In this document: positions 24,851 to 37,294 of the stretch, one piece after another
How the letters are laid out: each line of letters opens with the position of its first letter
How positions within the stretch are numbered: position 1 is the stretch's first letter
Source of the DNA: Ranitomeya imitator
Taxonomy: Eukaryota
Reading direction: 5' to 3'
DNA length: 61,089 nucleotides
Assembly (NCBI RefSeq): GCF_032444005.1
Contig: NC_091287.1
Coordinates: forward strand, 24,366,001-24,427,089
Made by a program: the position numbers and the translations under genes
The notes under the pieces: model-generated
What the model was told of the DNA's origin: nothing
Database searches by the model: none
The model's input: the letters and a program-made list of their open reading frames with translations, nothing else

Positions 24851-25886
24851 TTATGTTTTATTCTCGATACGCCCACCTCTAATAATAATAAAATAATAGC
24901 AATAACCCGAGTCCTTTGTGCGGCAGACCTGGGGGTGCAGTCAGTGTTTTATATATTGGCATTTATGGCATTGAGACGGGTAATTGACAACGTTAACATT
25001 CAAATATTATATTAGGCAATTAGTGGTCTCGGCATCTGATATCAGCGAGCGCTCACGTATTGTCCCAGGATTATTATCGCGTCCGGCGTCTCGGGTGAAA
25101 TACGGCTTTTTATATTGAGTGAACCTCTCCTTACAGCCCCGTTGCTTTTCCCTCGTGTCTCCTTTCTCGAGCTTAATGGCGTGACCCCTTGTTACAGGAG
25201 ATATTTGCCGCTCGGCGAGACGCTTCTACTGCAGCTTATTTACGGCTGAATCTCGTTATTGCCTCCTCATTGTGGCATTTCAGAATATGTAATGAGGATC
25301 TGCCGGGGATTTGTTATTCGCCTCTTTCCATTCCTTTTTAGAAAGCCTAAATTTCACCAAAAGATTGCACAAATTTTTATTTTGTATTATCGTCAGATTC
25401 AAAGATTTTTTTTTACGTTAAGAAATGCCAACCATGTACGATTGACGGCAGTCCTATTCCTAATCAGTCGGATGGGTTACCATTAGTGCTTTGTGGAGTC
25501 TGGGGCACACTGCCACCCATACCAAAGTGGTAGTGATTGGTACTGCAGTTCAGCTACATCAAGTGATGGAGATATTGTGCCTGGGCTGCAATACAAGACT
25601 CATCACAACACTTTTATTTCTGCTAATCCTTCGGGATCAGTAGGGTTGACCCCCGCGATGGCTAACTATGACCTATCCTGGGACGTTACGATGAAATGTT
25701 GCATATAAAGACACTTTAAAGATTAATTTCATTGGATTATGGTTAAAAGGGCTTTAAAAAGTGGCAACTGCTGTGCTTGCCATTTTGTGACTTCGACTTG
25801 CCATTACCTACTAATTCAATAGAGAGTTTGAATGTAGTTTGCTTTTCCTGCCCCAAGGGTCACTGAACATTAGACCTCCCAATATA

Positions 25887-26083
25887 CAGGGTGGGCCATT
25901 TATATGGATACGCCTGGGTGGGCCATTTATAAAGTTGGATTCAAAATGGCCGACTTCAAAATGGCCGCCACCCATCTTGAAAAGTTTTCCCCCTCCCATG
26001 TACTAATGTGCCACAAATAGGAAGTTGATATCACCAACCATTCCCATTTTATTTAGGCGTATCGATATACAAGGCCCACCCTG
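25887..26083. mobile_element. Tc1/mariner-type MITE, 197 bp
   Basis: TA TSD; 29-bp TIR CAGGGTGGGCCATTTATATGGATACGCCT with 3 mismatches between ends. Confidence 0.9.
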
Positions 26084-27006
26084 TAGTCATAGCACCATGC
26101 CTTCTTAAAACGCTGATTAACCTTAAAGAGTAACTAAACTTTTTTGTTTTTATATGTTGTAGCCAATGTTTAGTAGCTTTTCGTAGGTCTGATTTAAGCA
26201 CCAATGAATGGACAAAGGCAAAAGACGCTTAGCGTGTAGCAGAGCGGTGTACCGGCATTGTAGAATGTCTACAGGTTTGTTCATCCCTAGAGGATTAGTT
26301 GAGCACTTCTGCTCCTTCCTTTAAGCAATTGGTGTCTAAGTCCCTGAGCACAAGGTGAAAACTTTTATAAAATAGGAAATAAATTGGAAAGCAGTGTCAT
26401 TTTTTTATTGTATTTTTTAATAATTGGTCTTCTACCGAGACCCTATGCCACCCCAACTCTTCTCGTGTACCGTCCATAGTACAGTTACTGTATGGACCAA
26501 GCCATATTTAATCCTATTAGTAAAGAACGGGTCGGCAGATCTCAGACATCCATCATGAGCAAGACACATTATTTGTATTGCCATTCTCAGATGAGCCGAG
26601 AGTTGATGAACGCGATATTGATTCTGCTCTTCTGGTCTCCTGGATTTATGCGTTGGCACAAATTCAATCAAAATTTTCAAAGTGAAAAAAAAAATGGATC
26701 ATCACTTAGCGTAAAATCCGGACAAATCCTCCTATGACTAATAACACTCATCTCTATTTGGTGTCCAAGTTCACATTGGTTGTCAAAAGTAAACGATAGG
26801 GTACAACCATATTTACCATTTTAGGTCTATGCAAAACTTTGGTCACCTTGTCACCCAACCAGCGATCAATCTGTTCCACCTCTAGAGAATTTATCACATA
26901 TTCACTCCACCATGTCTTCAGTAACCTTCATGTTAGAGAGAAGACGCTCCTTGAAACTATGATGTTCAAATGCCAGAACAAATGATTAGGGCGCTAGGAT
27001 TAAAAA

Positions 27007-27091
27007 CGTGTAGTCTCGAAAGCTTGCAATTTGTGACCATCTTTTCAGTTAGCCATTAAAAGGTATCAACCACTGAGGACTCTCAATTCTA
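27007..27091 (+). mobile_element. 5'-truncated Penelope-like short retroposon (family B)
   Basis: 11-bp direct repeat AGGATTAAAAA (26996-27006 and 27092-27102); the body is near-identical to 43690-43772 and starts inside hammerhead stem II. Confidence 0.8.
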
Positions 27092-27123
27092 AGGATTAAA
27101 AAAGTAATATTCTTACTATTCAA

Positions 27124-27592
27124 AGGGTATCTGTCAGTAATAGTAGACCCCCAAACCGCATGTATGGTCTTTGAACGCTAAATCTATTGACACATTTATA
27201 TCTTCTACCTATTGCTGTATTCCCTAGAAATCTGCAGTTTAAATTATATGCAAATGAGGCATTAGGTGCTTTGGGCGTGACATAGCACTTCCCGAACCCC
27301 TTGATTCCCGAGGATGGTTTACTGATCAGCGCCAGGCTTTTTTTTGATTGACAGCTCCCTGCCTAATTTTGATGCCTGGCGCCTATCTTCACACAATTAA
27401 GGGGAGGTACGGGCTTTGGAAGTTCTCTGCCATACCCAAAGCATGTAGTGTCTCATTTGCATATGAATTAAAATGCTGATTATTCAGGAATGCAGCAACC
27501 TATAGAAGATATAAAGGTGTCGATGGATCTATCAAAGACTTTCATGCCCATGTATGAGGATTAGGGAAGTTGATGTTTCAGACAGATTCCTT
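27124..27592. mobile_element. T2/Kolobok-type MITE
   Basis: TIR AGGGTATCTGTC / GACAGATTCCTT followed by TTAA; imperfect palindromic arms with ATGCAAATGAG / CTCATTTGCAT. Confidence 0.75.
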
Positions 27593-27694
27593 TTAAATTA
27601 AAAAAAAATTGATTAGTGAGGAACCTACTTCTGGGATCCTCTTCTTTTCCGAGAACAAGTGTTCTCTTAACCCTGATTCTGTGATTGCCGCGCT

Positions 27695-28186
27695 AGATCA
27701 ACCTTTCTAAGCTGTCTATATGAGCATATAGGTCATAGAAAGTTGAATAAAATGATACCTTGATATCTGTGATTCGATGTTTTATTCCAGAGAAATTCAC
27801 ATTCTTGTTAAAATGTAAATTACCGGTTAAGATCTATGGGCCAGACATAGATCTCCCCAAGAATCTGCCTCCAGAGCTTATTATAAATGAAAACGGGTGT
27901 TACCAGTGTGACAGGTAGATCTGGAGAGCAGACTGTCAGCCATTACATGTCTCACACTAGTATTGCCTCCTTTTCATTTAAAATCATCTTTGGAGGCAGA
28001 TTCTTAGGAGAGATCTATGTCCCGCCCATAGATCTTAACAGCTAATTTACATATTAAGAAAAACATGTCTTTCTCTGTAATAAAACATCAGATCACAGAT
28101 ATAAAGGTATCATTTTGTTCAACTTTCTATGTGCTACATACCCATATAGATGGCTTAGGAAAATTGATTGTACTGAGGAATTCCCT
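27695..28186. mobile_element. Palindromic T2-type MITE with left terminus lost
   Basis: Long imperfect inverted arms (CATAGAAAGTTGAATAAAATGATACC vs GGTATCATTTTGTTCAACTTTCTATG); right end TTCCCT-TTAA. Confidence 0.7.
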
Positions 28187-30028
28187 TTAAGCTTTTTAAC
28201 CATTTTAAGCATTATGTTTTTGCATTTTTCTTCCTTGACCTGTATGTTACTAAAAATCATGGTGACTACCAATATGGTGGCCAATGTTTCCAGAATTTAC
28301 AACTTTTTTTTTTGAGGGATATGTCTTTTTTTATATTTTTTTTTTAGGAATTAGGGATGTTCTAAAACATGTTTTTGGTTAAAAGTATGTTCTCATATAT
28401 CTGCATTTTCTTCATGTGAGATATCAGTGGCGTAAATCACAACAATCCCTCTATATAGAGAACTTCAAAGCCCAGAAGAGTCTTTTCAAGGTTGAATACC
28501 CGGCATTTTATATACATTTACTTTACATTTGGAAATTACAGCTGCATAAAATGATCTCAGCTGAATGCTCCACTTTTCGCATCTATATAGGCTTCAAGGG
28601 CTGCACAGAGCCCGTCGTCTCAGAAGTCTTCTTTCTGTGCATTATTTGATCTTTGAGTCTCATGGAAAAAAAGCTTTTATGATGATATCGGCAAAAAGTC
28701 TTATTATAGCTCAAAATAGTCTGCGGTATACAAGCATGCCACTCTACGCGGTGGATTATCAGGCCGAATATTTCGCAAGTGTAATACTGCTGCTACCTTG
28801 TCCAACCACCGATCTATTGACCCAAACTAGCAAGTATCATAGATCTGTGATGCTGTCAGTTTGGGTCACGACTCTTTAGCACCTTAACACTTGTATTTGT
28901 GCCAAGACTTGCAAATATTACGGTCAACTTGTAACCATGATCTCTGCTTTCAACTTGTAACTCTGATCCATGATCTTAAAAAAATCTGAAAAAAAAAAAA
29001 TTGGTTCAAATTGAGCACTCTAGGGCATCGAGAAAAATAGTAGCCGTGCCCTCAACGGAGTTAATTAGGCATTAAAAGTCTGAAACCTAGCACTACGTTT
29101 GACCTTCTTTTCGGAAGTTTCAAGGTTTTAGCTGGTCACAAGAAGGCACAATAGTATAGTAGAGTAAGGTATTGTATCTGGCTAATAAAATATTGGGCAC
29201 AGTCAGCATAAAGGTCAGAGTGTAGAACTTCTGAAGATGAGAAGAATATGCGGCATTCACCAATTCGGAAAAGTGTAATAGTCCTTTATTCTGTGCTGCG
29301 GGACATGGACAAGAGCGTGGCAGGCAGCTAACAGAGGCATGCGGGGAGAAACAGGAGGAACGACAGCTATTTCATGTAACAACAGTTCCACGGGTCCAGG
29401 ACCTGGTGAACCTCTCCAGCTCTCTGGCTATGGGTCTGCTGGTCCACTACAGGAATTTTATTTTTAATAGACTTTTCCCCAGAAATGACACCTTGGCAAT
29501 AATGCCTCTGTAATGTCTTGCAATTAAACATGCCAATAATTCTATCTCATACGGGCATGTGATAGGAAACTTGAAGGCATATGGAGGTATAGTAAAGGTC
29601 CACACATTTTTGTGGGAACCATATTATGGATGTATACAACAATGTTATGTCTATGGGTATACTAATCCTATGTAGGTCAATGTGAAAAAAGATGCAACAT
29701 ATTGCTTTTGAGCTCTATACCTGGGGTCATGTGGCTTATCATCACTCAGCCTTTCAAAAATCTGTGCCATGCCCACCATTGGGCTGCATTTGGCATTGCC
29801 ACTCTACCCTATTGACTTAAATACTGAGCTGAGCAGTGGAATAACTAGGTCCATTGGGCCAATTGCAAAATTTGGACCTGGTCTTCCACCTGCATATTAG
29901 TCAGATGTATGAACCCTTCTAGTGATCTAGATCCTTTAAAGATATGCATGTAACCATGTAATAATGTTCCTTGTCCTTGCTCCTTCCTGTAATAATTTCC
30001 ACCATCCTGGACCCCTTCAAGGGATAAT

Positions 30029-30801
30029 TGTCATGGGTGTGCCAGATTTTACAGGCAGTCGCTCTGTATCTGGCTGCAGAAGGTTTCTGCTTTTGGCATT
30101 GCAGAGGCCTTTTTAACCCTGCTGTTGTCTTCGGTCAAAAATGACCGACCTTGAACTTCAATATTCTTTAAAATATTCAAGATGCGGCTCTGAAACCCAT
30201 GGCCGACCGACCCATCCTCATTTAAGTCAATCAACCACAAGTTTCAGAACCGCATCTTGAACACCCCAAAAAATACCAAAGTTCAAAATAGGTCTCCCCA
30301 GACCGAAGACAACAGCAGGGTTAATCCTTCTGACTTTTTGGACCCAGTGGCAACCTCCCTCCGGTTCTAATTGACACACCTGGACCTTGGTGTTTATAGA
30401 CTCTCAGTCTGCTTCAGGCAGTCGCCGGTAATATTCACATTTTCCCTTGTGAAGGCTTGGAGCTATAGCAGTCGGTTTCCTCTCTAGTTCTGTTAGAGGA
30501 TAATTGGTGTTACCTTTCTGAGTCTGCTCAAGCTATGTGGAATCCTGCTTGTTTGTCTCCCTTCTCTTTAGTGTACAGTGGGACTGACCAGCTCTCATCC
30601 CCCTCTTCCCTATTCAGGGCCTAGCTCTAGGGATATACCTGTCTTAGGTTCTTGCTCGGCGATTGGTGTGGAACCAATATAGAGACGGTAGGGGAGGCAG
30701 GGTGTTATTTGACATGCCTAGGGGTCTCCACTCCCCCTTTCCCTAGCGTATGGGCTTCTTTCCCTCATGTTGCACTTAGTCTTCCCACACTGTGTGTGAC
30801 A
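30029..30801. mobile_element. Solo LTR (~565 bp excluding the nested MITE)
   Basis: TGTCAT…GTGACA ends; 5-bp TSD ATAAT (30024-30028 and 30802-30806). Confidence 0.85.
30117..30320. mobile_element. piggyBac-type MITE, 204 bp, nested in the solo LTR
   Basis: TTAA TSD (30113-16 and 30321-24); perfect 20-bp TIR CCCTGCTGTTGTCTTCGGTC; internal 21-bp inverted pair TTCAAGATGCGGCTCTGAAAC / GTTTCAGAACCGCATCTTGAA. Confidence 0.9.
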
Positions 30802-32650
30802 ATAATATCCTCATTCTGGCCCCTTCTAGTAATAATGCTTCTACCTTGGTCCTGGCCCCTTCCAGTAATAATGCTCCCCATCCTGAGCCCATCCAGTGAT
30901 AATGCTTTCCATCCTGGACTCCATCTTAAAACCTTTCCTGTCCCCCATCCAGGGCTCCTTCTGTTCTTCTCCAGCACATTTTAAAAAGGAGCAAACGATT
31001 ATTCATACTGTTCCCTGATCCACGATGTGTGGCGTATTCTTCTATAGGTAGCACAGAAGCTGATTTCAATGTGCCAGTATGGGCAGCGCATGACATCACT
31101 GCCATGTGTCGCCTGTCACGGGCAAGCCAACATTGGCTGCCGGCATATGATTTCCCTGCAGCTTGTATTGCAGTGCAGGGAGACGGCGGGTCTCTGCGCC
31201 ACAATACATTTCAGCTGAATGATTTGCATCCGAGGATGCTCATCCAGGTGAAATAGGCACTGGTCTCAGTGGGCCTCCCTCCTGCACAGGCCCGGTCACG
31301 ATCATTTCTGTTTTTCCAATCCTGGTCAACCCCTTTAGTTCTAAAGATGGTATCCTCATATTGAATCTGTGTAATCCACTTTAAGATTATATATTTTGAT
31401 CAATACTGTATAGCAATTAGTCATGGATACGGTTAGAGGCCTTGTGTTAGTTGTTATTTTTTAACGTGGATAATTTAGTTTTTTTTATATTTTTTTGTGG
31501 AATTTCTTATTTCAAGTACCTGTTTTTATGTAAACGGTGTTATATTTGTACATGTATATTCATGTTTATTATCAGTGGCTATCTCTTAGTAATTTCTGGC
31601 ATTTTTACTACATACTTTAAATTTGAAATTACATAATGTTTCTAGCATTTTATTATGGGATTTTGATTATATTTTATAAGGGGAGAGGTTAGGTGGTCAA
31701 TGATTATTTGATTGTAAAGTAAAAAAATAAATAAATAATATTTCCAAGCATTTACAAATTACAAAATGTTGTCAATATAAAACTTAAAAAATAGAACAAA
31801 GTATCATAAATAGAGCTACTTGTACTGTATGCATACTCCGGCTACTCTGATGAAACGTGAGGCTTTCTAATAACGCTACTTGTTATCTTGTCCCTTTTGT
31901 CCTTTAGATGTGTAAATAATTTAGAACTGGTGCTAAAAAAAAAAATCGGGATGATGTCGGGTATTCAATGTCTAGCCAAAAATAAACCAGTTGTAGATCA
32001 GTATTGAGCTGGGATGGTGATTTGCCCATCTGTCCTGCTAATAAAATGCATCATCTGCTTCTGTCTTCGACCTACTGAACACATAACCTTTTAAATAGTA
32101 TTAGTCAGAAAATCCTCCTGGAAAATATACTATAGCTTTTTTTTTATTTTTTATTTTTTTTTGTGTGTATATATGCCTTTCTATATGTTTTGTGACTTTT
32201 TTTTATTTTTTTATTTTCTTATTTGACTTTATCGTTAAGTCCCTAATGGTAAGAAAAGCTATATCCGTTGTTTGGGCATTTAATGTAATCACTAGCGACA
32301 TCCTCTATCTATAGCAGATGGCCTGAGCCTTTTTAATCAAAACTCAAGACCAATAGTCTCCTTTACTGCAATGTATACTGAGTGACAGCTGGACAGATGG
32401 GTGTTACCTCTCTTACCAAAAGTGACTATATTGCTTCCTGATCTCTCTTTTGTGCGTTAAATGGTCTTAATAAATCTATTTATACGGCCACCAGAGTTAC
32501 GGATCAAACAGTGAAGCAGCATCTTAGCAAAGCTAAAAGCTCGGAGAATATTGAAGAGAAATGCTTTTATTCATTAAGGGCTAATAGAATGTTGTGCATG
32601 CAAAAAAAAAGTAATTTTAACAAAAGTACGACATTTTAAGGATGTCTTAA

Positions 32651-33287
32651 AGGGAACCTGTCACCCCCAAAATCGATAGTGAGGTAAGTTCACCGTCATC
32701 AGGGGCTTATCTACAGCATTCTGCAATGCTGTAGATAAGCCGCCTATGTTACCTGAAAGAGGAGAAAAAGAGGTTATATTATACTCACCCAGGGGCGGTC
32801 TCGCTGCGGTCTGGTCAAATGGGCGTCTCAGGTCCGCTCCGGCGCCTCCCATCTTCATTCCATGACGTCCTCTTCTGGTCTTCACGCCGCGGCTCCGGCG
32901 CAGGTGTACTCTGTCTGCCATGTTGAGGGCAGAGGAAAGTACTGTAGTGCGCAGGCGCCGGAAAGGTCAGAGAGGCCCGGCGCCTACGCACTGCAGTATT
33001 TTGCTCTGCCCTCAACAGGGCAGACAAAGTACGCCTGCGCCAGAGCCGCGGCATGAAGACCAGAAGAGGACGTCATGGAATGAAGATGGGAGGCGCCAGA
33101 GCGGACCTGAGACACCCATTTGACCAGACCGCAGCGGGACCGCCCCTGGGTGAGTATAATCTAACCTCTTTTTCTCCTCTTTCAGGTTACATCGGGGGCT
33201 TATCTACAGCATCCCAGAATTCTGCAGATAAGCCCCTGATGACGGTGAGCTTACCTCACCATCAATTTTGGGGGTGACAGGTTCCCT
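32651..33287. mobile_element. T2/Kolobok-type MITE, 637 bp, palindromic throughout
   Basis: TTAA TSD (32647-50 and 33288-91); TIR AGGGAACCTGTCACCCCCAAAAT; arms pair almost to the centre. Confidence 0.95.
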
Positions 33288-35189
33288 TTAAACATGGGAA
33301 AAAAAACTATTCTTACTGGACAAAATGTAACTTTTCTTTTGCAAAATGTAAAACTTAGAGTAGGAATGTAGCTTTGCTTTATAGATTGGAACACGGGTCT
33401 ACGAAAAAATAGAATAACATTTTGACTTGTAATATGCAACGGGCCTTCATGAGTGTTACATTTTCTTTCCTAGATGGATAAAAATGTAAGCAGCACTACA
33501 AAAAAAAGATGCAAATTATAGGACATTACCAGCCCATGTGGCAACGTTTCGATTCATAATGTGCACCTTTCTTTTATTTATTTGTTTAATTTAAATTGTA
33601 TTTTTTTCTTGTTTTTTCTTTTAGATAGATAAATAGATTAATATGAGTAGGTAGATATTAGATACATGGATAGATATCAGATAGATGTTAGTTAGATAGA
33701 ATTTGTAGTTTATTTAGAAATACACATTGGATATACAGTAAGCGACTTAAAATATAATTTAGCCTATTTTCCAGTAAAATGTTGTATATTTTTAACTTAT
33801 TCTCTATATAGTACAAAAAATCTGATTTCTAAAAAAGATTATATACATTATTAAAAAATAAAATAACATAAAAAAGTATGTATTTTATCTTCCATCAAAT
33901 TTTTTTTAAGAGGAAAGCATAATGAATGCAATAACTAGACCTGATTGTTCATGTGCAGATTAACTCCCAAGAGCCAAATTTCGTCTGTGGGGTTGGTGGC
34001 AGTTCCTGTTACTGAATTTCAGATTGCCTCCAGGAAAATTCTAAGGGAAAAAAAATCTCTAGGGCTTTATGACTTTGGCATGGTAGAGTCTTCCGACAGA
34101 ATTTGACGAGGAAAAGCTAATTTTAGCTGGACTGGTTAAAAATTAAATCTGAAATGAAATGTGTTGTGAAACAGAAGAACAAAACCTTAAAATATGAAAA
34201 TACATGCCATATTTTCTCTGCTGTATATACAATGTTGTACTTTATGGAATCATTAATAAAAAAAAATCTCTTGATTTCTTTTTAAGTGATGATTTGATAT
34301 TTTTATATAAAAATAGAACAAAGAACTTACAATACATAATAATTAAAAATGTATATACAGTATATAAAATGTAAAGAAAAAAACTCCTAGAATACTAACA
34401 GAATTCTTAGAAATATCTGAATTAATATTTTTTCAAAATTATTTTGTAAAATAAATTTGATTTTGAATGAAGACGTTTGTACTAAGAATATAATAAATGA
34501 AAACTGTATAAAACGTTAAAATCCTTAAAATAAAACAATTTTAAAAATATAAAAGTTTGTCGCAAAAGTTTCTTTTTACAGACAAGAAATGTTTTAATTC
34601 ATTGCGTATTAAATATTTAAAAATGTTATATTTCCATTGTGTTAACAGTTAAACAGAAGCTAAGGATTAACTACAATTTTCATCTTCTGTTCCATCCTGT
34701 TTTCTTTCCGCCCCCCCCCCCCCCCATGAAAAATGCAAAACATTAGATTGTAGAATCCATCTACTTATTAATTCATGTTCTTAATTTCCATTAACCTCAT
34801 GGGGAGTAAAATAAAACTTAATTGCCCGAATGTTGCTAGTGAGTAAAGAGGTGTCATGTCAAGTTATTATGTCAAACAATGGATACTAATCAAATGAGCT
34901 GGAATTTTTAATGTTAAAGCAAACTGTAATTGTAGGAAGAGGAGCCTCATCAGTTTTATAGGTTTTACATGTAAAGGCAAATAAAAAAAAAGTTATAAAA
35001 TAAACTACTAGTACCTTTCAAACAGCTAAAGTAACTTAGTGACACATTTTCTCACCGGATAAAATGTAGTTAAGTTAATTGATCATAATGCTAACCCCTG
35101 TCTAAATGCCCTAAACGAGCCATAGCATAGGGCTGTTAAAAGAGCTACTTTGGCTGAGTTGACTTGGCCATTTATTTAATTGCTTACAG

Positions 35190-35273
35190 AATATATCTCT
35201 CAGCTCACAGTTAACACAAAAATAAACTTTATCACTAGACTCACATCAAGGTCCTCTAACGCAATGTCAAGAG
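35190..35273 (+). other. Candidate 84-nt phase-1 symmetric exon (unverified)
   Basis: Acceptor TTTATTTAATTGCTTACAG and donor GAG|GTAAGA; only one open frame (EYISQLTVNTKINFITRLTSRSSNAMSR); the peptide is not recognised. Confidence 0.25.
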
Positions 35274-35419
35274 GTAAGAACTCCAAAACTTCTGTCTGCA
35301 AGTGGCTGTCTTGTTGGAAAAAAATTCTGGTTTGGCTAAATAGCTTAATGTTTGGACATTAAGAGTTATAGGGTCACTAACAGGTGTCACTTGAGATACA
35401 GCTCATGGAGGACAGCTGA

Positions 35420-35754
35420 TTTGCATACCTTTTTTTCCAGGAACATTGGTTCAGTCATCGCTTTGAGTATAGAGAGCGGTGGTTGTAGCCGCACTCTCGG
35501 CCCTGGCTGACGCTTGCTCTGCTTTTGGGCTGGCTGTCAGTTAGGGCAGGGGGCACACTTTGCGGTGACTGAGCCAGTGCCAGCGCCACTTCCATGGATG
35601 AAATGGGAATGCTGCCGCAGAGAATAAAGTTTCTTTTCTCCCTGCAGCGTTCGGCTAAGTGCAGGCGCCAGGCAGCATAATAACACTATGAACCTGCAGA
35701 TTGTCCCCATATCTCCAAGTTAATAGCGTTTTTTTTTCTGGTGACAGGTTCCCT
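35420..35754. mobile_element. Right part of a T2-type MITE
   Basis: Ends GGTGACAGGTTCCCT-TTAA, the same terminus as 32651-33287; the left end was not located. Confidence 0.5.
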
Positions 35755-36275
35755 TTAAGGATTTTCTGTTATCTTTGGACACAGTTGATTACAAAATGAA
35801 TTGTGATGGATATCTGGATGGATCTGTGGATTTATTTCTATAGGATTCAAGCCGGTGATTAAATAGACAACATTGCAGTTCCATTAGGATAAAATAAAAT
35901 GCAAATCCGCTTTCTGTTCACTTAACGTAAAATATCCATATGTCATAAAACTCTAATAGATGTCCGGCCACATGAGAAGAATTGTGGTTCAGTGATTTCA
36001 TTTTAATTGAAAGGTCTTTCAACACGAAAATGGTCATACCGTTTCGCATTTGTGAAAACATTTTCTTATAGCGATCAGAATATGTTTTGAAATTATGTTT
36101 TGAAATTCACCAGATTTGCCAAATTTTTCAAAAACATTCAAGCATTTGCCTCAAATAGATTCACCACGAATCGAAAGTACAGCAAAGTCTCCAATTTCCC
36201 CGAAAAGCATATATGACACTACACTTTTTCCTTCACATCCCAGTCTTTTTCACTGCTGTGCTGTCATACACTATC

Positions 36276-36580
36276 GGCAAATAAGCCTCCTTACCTTGAC
36301 AAGCCAGAGATGGTATGTCACTCTCCATAAGGAGAAACGATACCCCTTAGACCCCAGTCCAGAGCCTCTCACCTAGCCAAATTAGTTCTCATGCTTCACA
36401 CTGACGAGGGCCAACAGCCTGAAACACCGTGTCTGCGAATTGAGATACTAATTTGGCTTTTATCCTAAGTCATATTGCATGACTCGTTAAAGAGTTGATT
36501 GTGACTTGTAGGATCGCTACTTCCAACAGGTGGCGCTATAGAGTTTAAGTCCTCTTTTTCTCAGAAGAGGCAATTTGCAT
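36276..36580 (+). mobile_element. Hammerhead-bearing retrozyme-like monomer (family A), diverged single copy
   Basis: Colinear, permuted homolog of the 293-bp unit at 37333-37625; possible 6-bp TSD ACTATC (36270-75 and 36581-86, weak). Confidence 0.8.
36395..36439 (+). ncRNA. Type I hammerhead ribozyme
   Basis: TTCACA-CTGACGA-GGGC(CAACA)GCCT-GAA-ACA(CCG)TGT-C|TGCGAA; intact core with GUC triplet and one stem I mismatch; extended stem AGCCAAATTAGT / ACTAATTTGGCT. Confidence 0.85.
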
Positions 36581-37170
36581 ACTATCTGCACAGTCATTTC
36601 AGTGGTTTATAGCTGCATGGCATAATGGTGAAGCCCGCGGGGCCATACCCAAGGTCATGTGAGCCTTCTCTAACTGATGCAATCTTTTGCGGAAAATGTT
36701 CAAATTTTCCAGGTTCAGCAAATTCCTAAAGATTCGACAGAGATTCAGTTGGCATCGAATCGATTTGCTCATCTCTAAATCTTTAACTTATTTGGCCCAT
36801 ATTCGATGTGATTCTGGCCTAAAAGATCCCTAATAACTTCCCTCTAAAAACATATCAACCTTTTATTCAAAGATCATTTCCTTAAAGACCTCAACAGCCA
36901 TCGGCAAGCCACAAATCCAATTTCATGGTATTATCTAGTGTGGTTTCTCTGCTAGGAAGTAATTTGCCTTTAATGGAACTGGTAGCGCTCCTCATTATAA
37001 TACATTGCTTATGGGAATTTTACCAAGTTAATATATTTAATATTCTGGAACTATGTAAAATGCCTGTAGCCTAAGAGGATATGGAATAGAGCATTGGTTG
37101 TATCTCCTAGAGTCAGTTTGTGTGCAAAAACAACAAGACTAAGGGACTCAAATATGGATTTTATAAAAAA

Positions 37171-37294
37171 ATAAAGATATATATCTTCGTACCGTGTTAG
37201 CCAGTAGATAGAAAAATATTTAGAATTGAGAGTCCTCAGTGGTTGATGAAGTCTAGTCTTTGCCTGATGAAGAGACCTGTGTAGACTTGAAAGC
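37171..37294. mobile_element. Penelope-like family B fragment: inverted 3' part (37171-37247) plus a direct hammerhead-bearing part (37248-37294)
   Basis: 37171-37247 contains the reverse complement of the family B 3' end (ATCAACCACTGAGGACTCTCAATTCTAAATATTTT); TTGC-CTGATGA-AGAGAC…GAAAGC at 37260-37294 has a damaged stem II. Confidence 0.75.

Larger units (their letters stand above)
29955..30930. repeat. Degenerate ~31-bp minisatellite (CCTGGCCCCTTCCAGTAATAATGCTCCCCAT) split by a solo LTR
   Basis: Units at 29955-30028 and 30802-30930, for example starting at 30851, 30882 and 30913. Confidence 0.65.

Noticed and set aside
27066-27076. TCAACCACTGA shared between family B and the 22-bp minisatellite, suggesting common origin
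   Set aside because: The match is only 11 bp with no flanking similarity, which is compatible with chance.
29240-29400. Minus-strand Penelope-like terminal relic (GAAATAGCTGTCG); a similar GAAACGTTG relic lies at 33541-33575
   Set aside because: These resemble PLE ends but lack a CUGANGA core and identifiable boundaries; too degraded to call.
31847-31860. CTGATGAAACG as a possible hammerhead core (similar CTGAYGA hits on the minus strand at ~11965 and ~15646)
   Set aside because: There is no stem II followed by GAAA and no stem I pairing.
36070-36777. hAT MITE enclosing the first family A copy (right end TTGCTCATCTCTA); a similar lone end occurs at ~42515
   Set aside because: The left terminus and an 8-bp TSD could not be matched.
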